In this document: in pieces, positions 18,537 to 28,813 of the stretch | How positions within the stretch are numbered: the first letter of the stretch is position 1 | Layout: each line of letters opens with the position of its first letter | Source of the DNA: Candidatus Latescibacterota bacterium | GTDB lineage: Bacteria > Latescibacterota > UBA2968 > GCA-2709665 | NCBI GenBank assembly: GCA_965205485.1 | Contig: OZ242180.1 | Span: forward strand, 1,408,001-1,472,000 | Length of the DNA: 64,000 nucleotides | Reading direction: 5' to 3' | Notes under the pieces: model-generated | Databases searched by the model: none | Seen by the model: only the letters and a program-made list of their open reading frames with translations | What the model was told of the DNA's origin: nothing | Translations under genes and position numbers: made by a program

Positions 18537-19649
18537 TCAGGGCGTGAAAATGAAAATCTTATCCGAAATCGACTCATGAGAATGACTGTCATCACTCCAC
18601 TTCAATCCGCCGGCGATAACAACGCGGCCGTCTTCGAGAGGCGTCACGGTCGCACCGGATCGCCACGGCCCTATGCTGTGCCCTGTAGGCGGCGAAAATA
18701 CTTGAGTATCCGGATTATACAAGGAGATATTGCCGTTGTCATAGTGGATGAAAAATACCCTGCCGGACGGCAATAGATGGGCGGCCATTGGATTCATTGC
18801 GGAAGTTCCGGCGGCAGAGAAGGTGTTGGTTTCGGGGTCATAGATCTCGGCCGTCTGTACGCGATCCAGGTTTCCGTCGTAGCCGCCGACGATCAGAACC
18901 CGGCCGTCCTGAAGGAGCACTGCCTTATGGTGTACGCGGTCCAACTGAAGGTTACCTGCTTCCGAAAAGGCTTCGGTCGAGGGATCATAGATAAGATTCT
19001 GTCCCAGCAACCATTCCCCTCCGAAAATACTCCCTCCAACGATCAGCACCCGGCCGTCTTTCAACAAAGTCGCCGTATGGCCATACCGGGTAGGATACAT
19101 CCTGAATGTGGCGGAAAACGTTCCCTTGGTGGGGTCGAAGACACCCGCACGTATGAAGCTGGTAAAAAAGACGTCTCCGTTGGGCAGCAGAGTGGCAGTC
19201 TCAGTACCGACTCTCCAGGGCAAGATTGCCATAACGTCGAAACTTCCGGTGTGTGGATCGTACACCTCAATAGAGAAAGTACCAATCCGGGTTATGATCA
19301 GGATCCGGCCGTCGGGAAGCAATACACCGTGTTCTTCTTCTCGACTGGCTGTCAGGTCTCCCGTTGGCGTTGAGGTCCCGGTTTCAGGATCGAAAATCTC
19401 CGCGCTGACGATACCATCGAACTCCAAAACACCGCCTCCGGCAGGAGGAAGCGCCGCGTTACCCCCTGAAATCAGGACTTTGCCACTTTGTAGTAGCGTT
19501 GCGCCGTGCCTATAGCGCGGCTGGCTCATCGTACCGACCTCGCGGAGTCCCCTCTCACGGTCCGGCTGCTCCGGCGTGGTCACCGAGTCGCTCCCGCAAG
19601 CCCACAGGCTTGAGACGATAAAGAACGCAATCGCGATTCGGGCGGGCAT
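18537..19649 (-). CDS. Kelch-repeat lipoprotein K3
   Basis: Start MPARIAI at 19649 with GGAG SD, 11 nt after the K4 stop; LWAC lipobox. Confidence 0.9.
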   Translation of the reverse strand: MPARIAIAFFIVSSLWACGSDSVTTPEQPDRERGLREVGTMSQPRYRHGATLLQSGKVLISGGNAALPPAGGGVLEFDGIVSAEIFDPETGTSTPTGDLTASREEEHGVLLPDGRILIITRIGTFSIEVYDPHTGSFDVMAILPWRVGTETATLLPNGDVFFTSFIRAGVFDPTKGTFSATFRMYPTRYGHTATLLKDGRVLIVGGSIFGGEWLLGQNLIYDPSTEAFSEAGNLQLDRVHHKAVLLQDGRVLIVGGYDGNLDRVQTAEIYDPETNTFSAAGTSAMNPMAAHLLPSGRVFFIHYDNGNISLYNPDTQVFSPPTGHSIGPWRSGATVTPLEDGRVVIAGGLKWSDDSHSHESISDKIFIFTP

Positions 19650-19660
19650 TTTGCGTCTCC

Positions 19661-20788
19661 CTAAGGCGTGAAAATTAAGATCTGATCCGTAATCGACTCC
19701 CAATCGTGATTGTCATCCCTCCACTTGATTCCGCCGGCGACCATCACGCGGCCGTCTTCAAGGAGCGTGGCCGTAGCGAAAGACCTGCGCGGGCTGATGC
19801 TGTATCCGGAATTGGAAAATGCGTGCGTGACGGGATCATACAGTACGATATCGCCGTTGTACGAGCGGATGAGAAGCACGTCGCCGGACGGCAGCAGCAG
19901 GGCGGCACTGGGATCGATCGTTGAGACGCCGGCCGGTGAAAAGGTATTGGCTTCCGGGTCGTAGATCTCCGCCGTCTGCACGAATGGCCCTCTGCCGGCG
20001 CCGCCGCCGCCTATGATCAGGACCCTACCGTCCTCCAGTAGCACCGCCTTATGATTCCTGCGGTCGAACTGCAAGTTGCCTGCTTCCGAAAGGGCTTCGG
20101 TCGAGGGATCATAGATAAGATTCCGTCCCAGCAACCCTGCGTCCCGTCCAACATTCTGTCCTCCAACGATCAACACCCTGCCGTCCTTCAACAAAGTGGC
20201 CGTATGGCCGATTCGGGAAGGATCCATCCTGAGCAAGGGGGAGAATGGGCCTGTCGTCGGGTCGAAGACACCCGCGTATAACGTGCTGGTCAAGAAGACC
20301 TTTCCGTCGAGAAGCAGAGTGGCAGTAAGAATCCCAATTCTCCCAGGCAAAACTGCCACAGGGTTGAATCTGCCGGAATGAGCATCGTACCTCTCAATGG
20401 GGAGATTGGGATTTCCGGGTATGATCAGGACCCGGCCGTCGGGAAGCAATATTCCGTGGTCCTCGCTGCGACTTGCGGCCAGGTCTCCCGTTGGCGTTGA
20501 GGTCCCGGTTTCAGGGTCGAATATTTCCGCGCTGATGAGACGCTTCGGCTGGGGAATGGGGGTATCCGGGGGAGGCGGCCCCTCGAGTACGACAGGCAGT
20601 TCCTCGAGGCCGCCCGCGATCAGGACCTTGCCGTTCTGCAACAAAGTCGCGGCATGCCAATACCGGGGCTGGCTCAGATTGCCGACCTCGTGGAGACCCC
20701 GTTCAAGGTCCGGCATCGTCGACGAATCGCCCCCGCAGGCCGAGAAGCTACATAGGATGAACAGCGCAAACAAGATCCTGGCGGTCAT
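19661..20788 (-). CDS. Kelch-repeat lipoprotein K4
   Basis: FSAC lipobox; Kelch repeats; ends DQILIFTP. Confidence 0.9.
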   Translation of the reverse strand: MTARILFALFILCSFSACGGDSSTMPDLERGLHEVGNLSQPRYWHAATLLQNGKVLIAGGLEELPVVLEGPPPPDTPIPQPKRLISAEIFDPETGTSTPTGDLAASRSEDHGILLPDGRVLIIPGNPNLPIERYDAHSGRFNPVAVLPGRIGILTATLLLDGKVFLTSTLYAGVFDPTTGPFSPLLRMDPSRIGHTATLLKDGRVLIVGGQNVGRDAGLLGRNLIYDPSTEALSEAGNLQFDRRNHKAVLLEDGRVLIIGGGGAGRGPFVQTAEIYDPEANTFSPAGVSTIDPSAALLLPSGDVLLIRSYNGDIVLYDPVTHAFSNSGYSISPRRSFATATLLEDGRVMVAGGIKWRDDNHDWESITDQILIFTP

Positions 20789-21295
20789 CTACTTATCCCT
20801 CAGTTGGAGATGAACTGACATCCTCCCACAACACGAGAAGGGAAGCGGCTGTGCTGCATTTCAGTTTGAACCGAGTGTCAGACGCTCAAGCCCGTTCCCA
20901 TGCCGCAGTAGATCCTTCGTCAACCTGGGTGACCCTTCGACAAGCTTGCTTCGACAGGCTCAGCACAAGCAGGGCAAGTCCTCTGCACGACAATCTGATT
21001 TCATGTGAATGAAACAAGAAGTGATTCCTGGACGTTGCGCCCAGGCCTCCTCTGGATGACAGCGGGAAGCATCGTGTTTGACGATCGGCCAGCCTGTCAT
21101 TCAGAGCGGAGCGAAGATCTGACCGATACATTTCGCCAATGGTTATTGCAAGACCCGTCATTCTGAGCGCAGCGAAGAATCTCCCGTCTTCGCGATTCTT
21201 CCAACGCGAACGCTGAAACAGAGTAATCACATTTGCGCGGACGCTTTGCAAGCCTCAAGTCATCCTCAGCATGAGAGTTCGGTCAGCGGTAACTC

Positions 21296-22414
21296 TCAGG
21301 GCGTGAAAATGAAAATCTTATCCGAAATGGACTCCCAATTGTGACTGTCATCCGCCGTCTTCATTCCGCCGGCGATTACGACGCGGCCGTCATCGAGGGG
21401 CGTTACCGTCGCCCCGTATCGCCACGGCCCAATGCTGTGTCCCGTTGGTGAAAAGACCTGAGTATCCGGATTATAAAGGGAGATATTACCGTTGTCTGAA
21501 TGAATGAAAAATACCCTGCCGGACGGCAGCAGCAGGGCGGCCAACGGATGCATTGCGGAAGTTCCGGCGGGCGAGAAGGTGTCTGTTTCGGGATCGTAGA
21601 TCTCGGCCGTCTGTACGCGAGGCCCGTCTCCGACGTGGCCGCCGACGATCAGCACCCTGCCGTCCTGAAGGAGCACCGCCTTGTGGTGTGCACGGTCGAA
21701 CTGCAGGTCGCCTGCTCTTGAAAAGGCTTCGGATGAGGGATCGTAGATCAGATTCCGTCCCGTCAACTCGACTCCCCTGCGGGCTCCTCCAACGATCAGC
21801 ACGCGGCCGTCCTTCAGCAAAGTGGCCGTATGGCCATATCCGGGATGGTCCATCGCGAATGTGTCGGAAAGTGTGCCTGAAGCGGGATCGAGGACACGTG
21901 CGCGACCCGCGGATGACCCTCCGATTAAAAGGACCTCTCCGTTGGGCAACAGGGTGGCAGTACTCGTTCCATTTGACCACGGCGCGTTTGCCGCGGCGAC
22001 GAATCTACCGGAGTGGGGGTCGTACATCTCAATGGGGAGTCTATAAAAATTGGATATCATCAGGACCCGGCCGTCAGGAAGCAATATGCCGTGGTCGTCC
22101 CATCGACTGGCGGTCATGTCTCCCGTTGGTGTTGAGACCCCGGTTTCAGGATCGAAAACCTCCGCGCTGACAAGACCGTTGGGCATGAAGGGTACTCCAA
22201 TTTCAATAGGAGGCATTTCCGCGTTGCCCCCCGCGATCAGGACCTTGCCACTTTCCAAAAGCGTCGCGGCGTGCTCATAGCGCGGCCGCGTCATCGCGCC
22301 GACCTCGTGGAGACCCCTTTCAAGGGTCGGCGGCTCCGGTGCCGTCACCGAGTCGCTCCCGCAAGCCCAGAAGCTTGAGATCCCCAACAATGCTATTGCG
22401 ATTCGGGCTGTCAT
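21296..22414 (-). CDS. Kelch-repeat lipoprotein K5
   Basis: FWAC lipobox; GGAGG SD; Kelch repeats. Confidence 0.9.
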   Translation of the reverse strand: MTARIAIALLGISSFWACGSDSVTAPEPPTLERGLHEVGAMTRPRYEHAATLLESGKVLIAGGNAEMPPIEIGVPFMPNGLVSAEVFDPETGVSTPTGDMTASRWDDHGILLPDGRVLMISNFYRLPIEMYDPHSGRFVAAANAPWSNGTSTATLLPNGEVLLIGGSSAGRARVLDPASGTLSDTFAMDHPGYGHTATLLKDGRVLIVGGARRGVELTGRNLIYDPSSEAFSRAGDLQFDRAHHKAVLLQDGRVLIVGGHVGDGPRVQTAEIYDPETDTFSPAGTSAMHPLAALLLPSGRVFFIHSDNGNISLYNPDTQVFSPTGHSIGPWRYGATVTPLDDGRVVIAGGMKTADDSHNWESISDKIFIFTP

Positions 22415-22545
22415 CTTCTTCCTCCATTTCTATTGTCTTTCCGTGAGTCTTCTACGAGAGGCGCCTGGCGAAGCGGGCAGACAGGAATGTCCGCCCCACC
22501 TTCAAACCGGCTTCCTGAATATGACAATGTCGGTACCCTTATCCC

Positions 22546-23630
22546 CTACGGGGTAAATATTAGAATCTGATCCGACATCTCCCGCTCATCCCCACTTTGC
22601 GCGACGCTGTCCTGTACTTCCAGCCGCCGGCAATCATTACCCGGTTGTCTTCAAGGAGCGTAACCGACGCACTGCTTCGCCACGGTCCTATGCTGTGTCC
22701 TGTAGGAGAAAATTCCTGTGTCGCCGGATTGTAGAGTACAATATTGCCGTTGGGCACGTGGATGAGCAACACTCTGCCTGAGGGAAGCAACAGTGCCGCG
22801 AGGGGCCAAATCGCGGACACTCCGGCCGGCGAGAACGTGTCTGTTTCGGGGTCGTACATCTCCGCAAGATTTGCATGCTCTGAACCGGTATTGCCGCCAA
22901 CGATCAGGACCCTGCCGTTCGTAAGGAGTACGGCAGTATGGCCCCAGCGGTCGACCTGCAGATGACCGGCTTCCGTAAACCCACTCGACGAGGGATCGTA
23001 GATCAGATTCCGTCCGGTCAACTCGCTATCTACCATGCTCCCGCCGACGATCAATACGCGGCCGTCCTTCAGAAGTGTCGACGAATGGTTTTTTCGTGTC
23101 TTCTCCATCGCAACTATTTGGGAGAAGGCGCCCGCAGCAGGGTCGAAGAGCGCCGCGTGCTGCTGGGTCGTCACGAATATTCTGCCGCTTTGAAGCAGAT
23201 TTGCGGTGGTAATGGGCGGATACCAGGGTATTTTCGCCAGGGAAACGAACCGAGCGGAATGAGGATCGTAGATCTCAACGGGAAAATCATGATATCTGGG
23301 CATGACCAGGATGCGACCGTCGGGAAGCAGGATACCCTTATCCGTGGACCGACTGACGGTCATATTTCCAGTTGGCGAAGAGGTCCCTGTCAATGGATCG
23401 AATATTTCGGCGCTGATGCGACGGGTTGAGAGCGGTTCCTTGTATCCGCCCCCGATCAGGACCTTGCCATTCTGCATCAACGTCGCGAAATGTTGAATAC
23501 GAGGCTGGGTCATGATACCGACCTCGTGGAGACCCCGTTCAAGGTCCGGGGACGTCACCGAATCGCGCCCGCAGGCCCAGAGGGCTGAGACGACAAACAT
23601 CCCAATCGCGATTCTGGCAGTCATCTTCAT
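22546..23630 (-). CDS. Kelch-repeat lipoprotein K6 with a 1-nt frameshift near its 3' end (about 22590-22625)
   Basis: LWAC lipobox; the ORF stops at 22560, but the family C-terminus EMSDQILIFTP* lies in another frame ending at 22546. Confidence 0.8.
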
Positions 23631-23726
23631 TCCACCAAATCTAGGGTATTTGAGTGCAACGTCGACACGTTGGGCCTTGCGATGCTGGCAGACAGGAATG
23701 TCCGCTCCACCCTCGAACCGGCTTCT

Positions 23727-24434
23727 TCACTGTTCGGGTTGGGATCCGGTCCTGCCGTTCTCGTTGCTGACGTCGATCGGGGAGTATATCCTGAATCCTG
23801 TCGAGCCGTTTTTCCGTCTCTCATCGCGCGATGGCTCGCTCCGATCCACCGGATCCATCGGCGTGCCGTTTCCCGCCCTTGCCGACTCTACCGTTTCCTG
23901 TAAGCCGTTGCGGCGCGAGCGAAGGCCCTCCAGGTAATCCATGAATAGATCGAGCATCTCGAACAGGAATGCTTCGTACGTCTTCTTCGCGCCTTCGTCC
24001 GCGGACCCTTCGTGCCGCGCCTTTTCGGTCACGTCGTTGAGACCGTTCCTGATCTGGCGCGCCAGGCGTTCGGTGGCGTCTGCGGAGGACGACTCCGGTG
24101 CGAAATCAATCGATACCAGCATATTGAAGGCACGGGAATACATCGCGAGATCCTCCAGCTTGAGCCGGTCGTTGCTGCTGTTTTCGATTCTCGAGATCTT
24201 GCTCTGTGTGCAGCCGGCCCGTTCCGCCAGTTCCTCCTGCGTCAATTTCTGAGAGCAACGCAGGTCGGATAAAGCCCGGGACACATCGTAATCTCCTGCG
24301 CGACCTTCCACTTTGTTGTCAAGTGTCTCTACCTTCGCGGCGCCGGACACCATTTCGGACACCGATGATTCACGGTTTTCCATCCCGACGTTCCCTCCTC
24401 GAACTGTTGAAACGTACTCGGTAGATCTGTTCAT
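23727..24434 (-). CDS. XRE-family helix-turn-helix protein (start uncertain, may be 24383)
   Basis: LRCSQKLTQEELAERAGCTQSKISRIEN. Confidence 0.8.
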   Translation of the reverse strand: MNRSTEYVSTVRGGNVGMENRESSVSEMVSGAAKVETLDNKVEGRAGDYDVSRALSDLRCSQKLTQEELAERAGCTQSKISRIENSSNDRLKLEDLAMYSRAFNMLVSIDFAPESSSADATERLARQIRNGLNDVTEKARHEGSADEGAKKTYEAFLFEMLDLFMDYLEGLRSRRNGLQETVESARAGNGTPMDPVDRSEPSRDERRKNGSTGFRIYSPIDVSNENGRTGSQPEQ

Positions 24435-24672
24435 TCGTTTGCTGAACGGCCTGGAAACCGAAAACCATGGTTCAAAGTCATTCAGGCCCCAAAATGGCAG
24501 TTTTCGGCGTGAAGTTATTTAATATCGAGATAATTGTTGTCAAATTACCAGAATTCTATGCAAATATAAGATAATTTAGAGGTGCTGCAATTGGTCTTTG
24601 TGGTGCAACATTGACAGACCAGGCGATTTGGCCTGCCGTTTGCTCATATAACTCAGCAAGACGGTAATTAAC

Positions 24673-24701
24673 TTGACAATATATGATCTTTAAGTCATAT
24701 T
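24673..24701 (+). promoter_or_regulatory. Sigma70-type promoter and palindromic operator of the TA operon
   Basis: TTGACA-17nt-CATATT overlapping ATATGA-N8-TCATAT (24681-24700); ATG 8 nt downstream with no SD. Confidence 0.6.
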
Positions 24702-24709
24702 TTTAAGCC

Positions 24710-25243
24710 ATGGACTGGGAAGTCAGATTCCATCCTGCGTTCGACCCCGAATTCGACGCCTTATCCGACGAAGTGCAGGACGAGTTGCTTGCACAAGCCA
24801 CACTCATTGCGACATTCGGGCCTATTCTTGGGCGACCGAGAGTGGACACGTTGAACGGTTCGCAACACAAGAATATGAAGGAGCTTCGATCTAGAAGCTG
24901 TCTTAAAATTCCCAGCGGTCTTCGCACGGCTGCAAAAGCGCCGGTCGGCGTTGGTCAAACCCACCCGTATAGACAAATATGGGCGGATTTTCCCGCCTTG
25001 ACCGTCACTTTTTCGCTCGCGCTCGGGAACTCACCGGTAATTTTAAAACAGCTTCTTACAGCTGGCGGCGGAGTCTGGCGGGTAGCATTTGCCTTTGACA
25101 CTGAACGGAAAGCTGTGTTGCTCGCTGCCGGTGACAAGTCGGGTATAGACGAACGCCGCTTCTACAAACTGCTGATCAGGAAAGCGGACAGACGATTCAA
25201 TGTGGAATTGGAACGGCTCCAAAACAACAGGAGAACAAGATGA
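24710..25243 (+). CDS. RelE/HigB-like (Gp49-type) toxin with a 55-aa in-frame MITE insertion
   Basis: FGPILGRPRVDTLNGS..KNMKELR and WRVAFAFD..RKAVLL.AGDKSG motifs; toxin-first gene order. Confidence 0.85.
   Translation: MDWEVRFHPAFDPEFDALSDEVQDELLAQATLIATFGPILGRPRVDTLNGSQHKNMKELRSRSCLKIPSGLRTAAKAPVGVGQTHPYRQIWADFPALTVTFSLALGNSPVILKQLLTAGGGVWRVAFAFDTERKAVLLAAGDKSGIDERRFYKLLIRKADRRFNVELERLQNNRRTR
24894..25055. mobile_element. 162-bp MITE, family 2, copy 2, inside the toxin gene
   Basis: Same TIRs as 5577-5786, inverted; flanks CTA/TTA. Confidence 0.85.
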
Positions 25244-25578
25244 CGAAACTCACTGAGAGAATCGGCAAGCTGCCTGAAGCGCGACGAAGGAGAGTGGAAG
25301 AACGAGCCCGGGCGCTGATCGCCGAAGAGATGTCACTGCGAGATCTGCGAAAGGCTCGAAAGTGGACGCAGGTACGCGTCGCGAAGGAACTCGGGATCAA
25401 CCAGGAAAACGTATCCCGTATCGAAAAGCGCAGCGATCTGCTGCTTTCCACGCTCAGTGGCTACGTCGAAGCAATGGGAGGCACATTGCGCCTGGTGGCG
25501 GAATTTCCGGACCGACCGCCGATCGCGCTGGCCGGTATTGCGGCCCTGGACAGAGAGGACCTTCCGGAAAAGCCCTAG
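25240..25578 (+). CDS. HigA-like XRE antitoxin
   Basis: ATGA overlap with the toxin; LRDLRKARKWTQVRVAKELGINQENVSRIEKRSDLLLSTL..YVEAMGG. Confidence 0.9.
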   Translation: MTKLTERIGKLPEARRRRVEERARALIAEEMSLRDLRKARKWTQVRVAKELGINQENVSRIEKRSDLLLSTLSGYVEAMGGTLRLVAEFPDRPPIALAGIAALDREDLPEKP

Positions 25579-25651
25579 GCGTATACGGTTTCGATCTCCA
25601 CAGCGATCCAGACGTGGCAGACAAGCCATTGCCGATCATCCGACCTCCACC

Positions 25652-27220
25652 CTACAGCGTCGATACCGACGCCGACGGAGGACCCTCGTTCGCAGGTCGG
25701 CGGTAGTCCACGGCGGTGATCCGATAGTGAAAGGACCCGGATGCCGCGCCCGGATCCACGTAGCGCGTGGTGACCAGGGGCGTCTCGTTCAGCGGCGCGA
25801 ACGGCCCTTCAGGCCCGGTTGCCCGGTACACGATGTACCCTTTGAGCCCCGTAAGCGCCGTGCCGTCGGCGTCGGTTTCCGGACGGCGCCACGAAATCCG
25901 CACGTCCTTTCCGATGCGTCGCGCTTCGACGTGCAGCGGCGCGCCCGGCGGCCACCTGTCGTAGGCCTGCGTCGGTAATTGCCAGCATCGCGGCTGTCGC
26001 CGCCACGTGAGCAGGCCACGCCTGAATGGAAATTTCCTTTTCGAAGTACGCGGCTATCGATTCCCAGATCCGGTAGTCGTAACCGGCCAGATACAGGAAT
26101 CCCCACCCCCTCCAGCCACGCTCCGCGTCGAGCTTGCTTGCCTCGCCGTCTATGTAGTACCTGAACGACGGCGCCTCCAGGCTGCCGTTCCAGACGTGGC
26201 GGATGAACGTATTGGCCATCCTCTCGAGATCCATCCGCGTGAAACTCAGATCGCTTCGAACCCCCTGCAGCGCCGCCTGGATATCGATAAAGGCATGTCC
26301 GACGTCCTCCATCAGTTCGGGCCAGTGGCTCTCCGGACCGTATTTCCAGGTATAAGCCTCGGCTTCCGGATCGTACAGCAGTGATCGTGGAAGTACCGTA
26401 ACATCTGCTCGCTCTGGTCAGCGTAAAACGGTACGAAACCAGCTTTGTGCGGCTTGTAATACGACGACCTGGAAAGGCGACGGAGCGTAACCAGCGCATC
26501 CGAGAACGACAGGTACATGTTCAGCGGCTGGCGTTTCCATCCGGACCATTCGTATACGTGGTATCCCGCGTCCTCGCCGTAACGGCTGCTGTCGTCCGCC
26601 GTCCACCCCGGGTCCGGCGCCCAGTTGGCGTACCACTTGGCGATCACATCCTCTTCAACAACGCGCAGGTACTCATCCGCTTTGGCCCTGTACGCCGCGT
26701 GCAACGACGGGTCCTCCCAGACCAGTTCCACGAATGCCAGGATCGGGCTGACAATCAATCCATCGTCGGAAAACCATTCGGTATATTCGGGCCTGTACTG
26801 GCTATACCGGTTCTGCCCCCATCCTCCGTATCCGTCGACGTATCGCGGATCGTAGACTTCGTACGGCGGCAAGTCCGAGCGGGCGGTCAGAATGCGATCG
26901 ATTTGTCGTACCAGTTTGTCCAGCCAGACCGGTTCGTTGAACGTCCGGTAGAGGTTCAGGTACATCCGCTGCACGTAGGCCGACGGACCCCACGCGAACG
27001 ACCCTCCGTCGCGGCCATCCAGGTAGTTGTCCCCGTAAGTTCGATCCCACGTTGCAAAAGTCTCGTACCAGTCGGTACTCACGGCGCCCTCGAAAGGGAC
27101 GGCCGGGGGTTTCTTCTCTGACGCGACGGGAACATCTACCCACACGAATACAACGGGCAGGAATGCACAGAGACAGAGGCGTAGCGGATAGGCAGTCGGG
27201 GTATGTGTGTTAATCGCCAT
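25652..27220 (-). pseudogene. Secreted aromatic-rich helical protein with C-terminal FN3-like domain; two frameshifts (about 26380 and 25968)
   Basis: Three abutting ORF pieces join with single-base corrections; signal-like N-terminus; PPGAP..V..ISW..GYIVYR..YVD..YRITAVD..NEG FN3 pattern. Confidence 0.65.
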
Positions 27221-27493
27221 CGGACGATTTGTCGCACGGTGTACCGAAGAAAGGCGGGCGCCCACAAGGGACGCCCCTACAAATGTAACGTCGGTGCAGA
27301 GCCTCTCCCCCCGGCCCCTCAGAACCGGTGAGACGTAAGCCGGAAGAGGGTAGAGATCGAATGCCGTAAAGTGTTTCTTCTCATCCCGCAGGCAAGTCGG
27401 AGGAACAGATCGGCACGGGCTTCTTCTACCGTCTCCCCGCCTTTTTTCCTTTTTCCTTCTTCTTTCTTCCTTTTTCCGTCTCACTGCCTTTTG

Positions 27494-28576
27494 CTACGGC
27501 CGGTATATAAGAATCTGGTCCGTCGCCTGGAGGTCCTTCAAGCCTCCGGCGATCAGCACACGGCCGTCGCGAAGCAGCGTTGTCGTATAAAACACGCGAT
27601 TCTCGCCGATGCTGTCTCCGGTGGGACCGAACGCGCCGGTGGCGGGATCGTAGAGAATGACCTCGCCGCTTTCTCCAATGATAAACACTTCGCCCGATGG
27701 AAGTAACGTGGCCGCGTGAATCGCTTCAAATCCGGGATCCCCTTCTGAGGAAAACGTCCCCGTCGCGGGGTCGTATCGCTCAGCCGCGGTTACCGGCTCT
27801 TCAGACCCCTCGTCGCCGGCGGACCCGCCAATGACGAGCACGCTGCCGTCCTGGAGAAGAATCGCTATGTGATCCTGCCGTTCGTATCTCAGGTCGCCTG
27901 TGCGGGTAAGCGTATTGGTCAACGGATCGTAGATTTCGGATTCTTTCACGATGCCCGAGGCATTGACGCCGCCAACGATGAGGACCCGCCCATCCCGCAG
28001 CAAGGTCGCCGTATGCCCCGCGCGAATAGCAACCGTTCCGGGGAGCGACGTAAATTCCCGCGTATCGGGGTCAAAGATGGCAACGCCCAACGAGTAATAC
28101 GTCAGGACCTTCCCATTGGGCAGTAACGTAATTGACCATATTCTCGCGAATGCCGGTAGATAGGGCTCTGGCGTGAACCGCCCGGTTTGCGGATCGAAAA
28201 ATTCCAGAGGCGCCTGATCCGCGCCCGCGAGAAGGACCCGGCCGTCCGGCATTAAGATTCCCATGTCGAGTGTTCGCGGCAGCGACAGATTGCCCCGTAT
28301 GCTCGAGGCCCCCGTTTCCGGATCGAATACTTCCGAACTGGTACGAAAAAGGGACGTCGACACCTGACCCGCGCTCGCCGTCGCGGCGCCTCCGGTGATC
28401 AGGACGGTTCCGTCCTGCAGCAACACCGACGCGTGCCAGAACCGCCTTTCCGTCATTTTACCGGCGACTTCAAAACCGATGAGATCGCTCGTCGCCTCCG
28501 GAGACGTCGGCACGGGCGAACCGCAGCCCATCAGGCTCGCGACAATTGCCAGTGCGGAAATCATCCTGACGGTCAT
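27494..28576 (-). CDS. Kelch-repeat lipoprotein K7 (downstream of GWxTD-A1)
   Basis: LMGC lipobox; Kelch repeats; ends DQILIYRP. Confidence 0.9.
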   Translation of the reverse strand: MTVRMISALAIVASLMGCGSPVPTSPEATSDLIGFEVAGKMTERRFWHASVLLQDGTVLITGGAATASAGQVSTSLFRTSSEVFDPETGASSIRGNLSLPRTLDMGILMPDGRVLLAGADQAPLEFFDPQTGRFTPEPYLPAFARIWSITLLPNGKVLTYYSLGVAIFDPDTREFTSLPGTVAIRAGHTATLLRDGRVLIVGGVNASGIVKESEIYDPLTNTLTRTGDLRYERQDHIAILLQDGSVLVIGGSAGDEGSEEPVTAAERYDPATGTFSSEGDPGFEAIHAATLLPSGEVFIIGESGEVILYDPATGAFGPTGDSIGENRVFYTTTLLRDGRVLIAGGLKDLQATDQILIYRP

Positions 28577-28622
28577 CGAATGTCCTTCCTCGGCGTCATA
28601 TCCTCTCCCCCCAGCCCCGCAG

Positions 28623-28800
28623 ACCTCTCTCCCCGGCCCTCTCTCCTACCAGGAGAGAGGGAGCAAAAACAGGCTTCGCGTGCCGGTCATTGACAGACAC
28701 TCCGGTCGAAAGGAAATCGCCATCCGGCACATCACAAAACCTGTACAGCCACCCATCAACATTCCCCCTTCCTCTCAGGAAGGGGGTTAGGGGGTAGGTC
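28623..28800. repeat. CCCTCTC..GGAGAGGG-type palindromic repeats
   Basis: ccctctctcctaccaggagagaggg and ccccttcctctcaggaagggg hairpins; related hairpin at about 15535-15556. Confidence 0.55.
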
Positions 28801-28813
28801 CCAGCCGACAGAC

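Noticed and set aside
15773..23630. Galactose/glyoxal oxidase call for the Kelch proteins
   Set aside because: About 370 aa, propeller only; they lack the C-terminal Ig domain and a conserved Cys-Tyr cofactor motif
16971..23711. CRISPR array suggested by recurring 25-bp palindromes
   Set aside because: Copies are kilobases apart, separated by whole genes; no cas genes
27440..27482. Pyrimidine tract / Lys-Arg-rich ORF start at 27484
   Set aside because: Low-complexity heptamer-like intergenic repeat; the gene more plausibly starts at 27220
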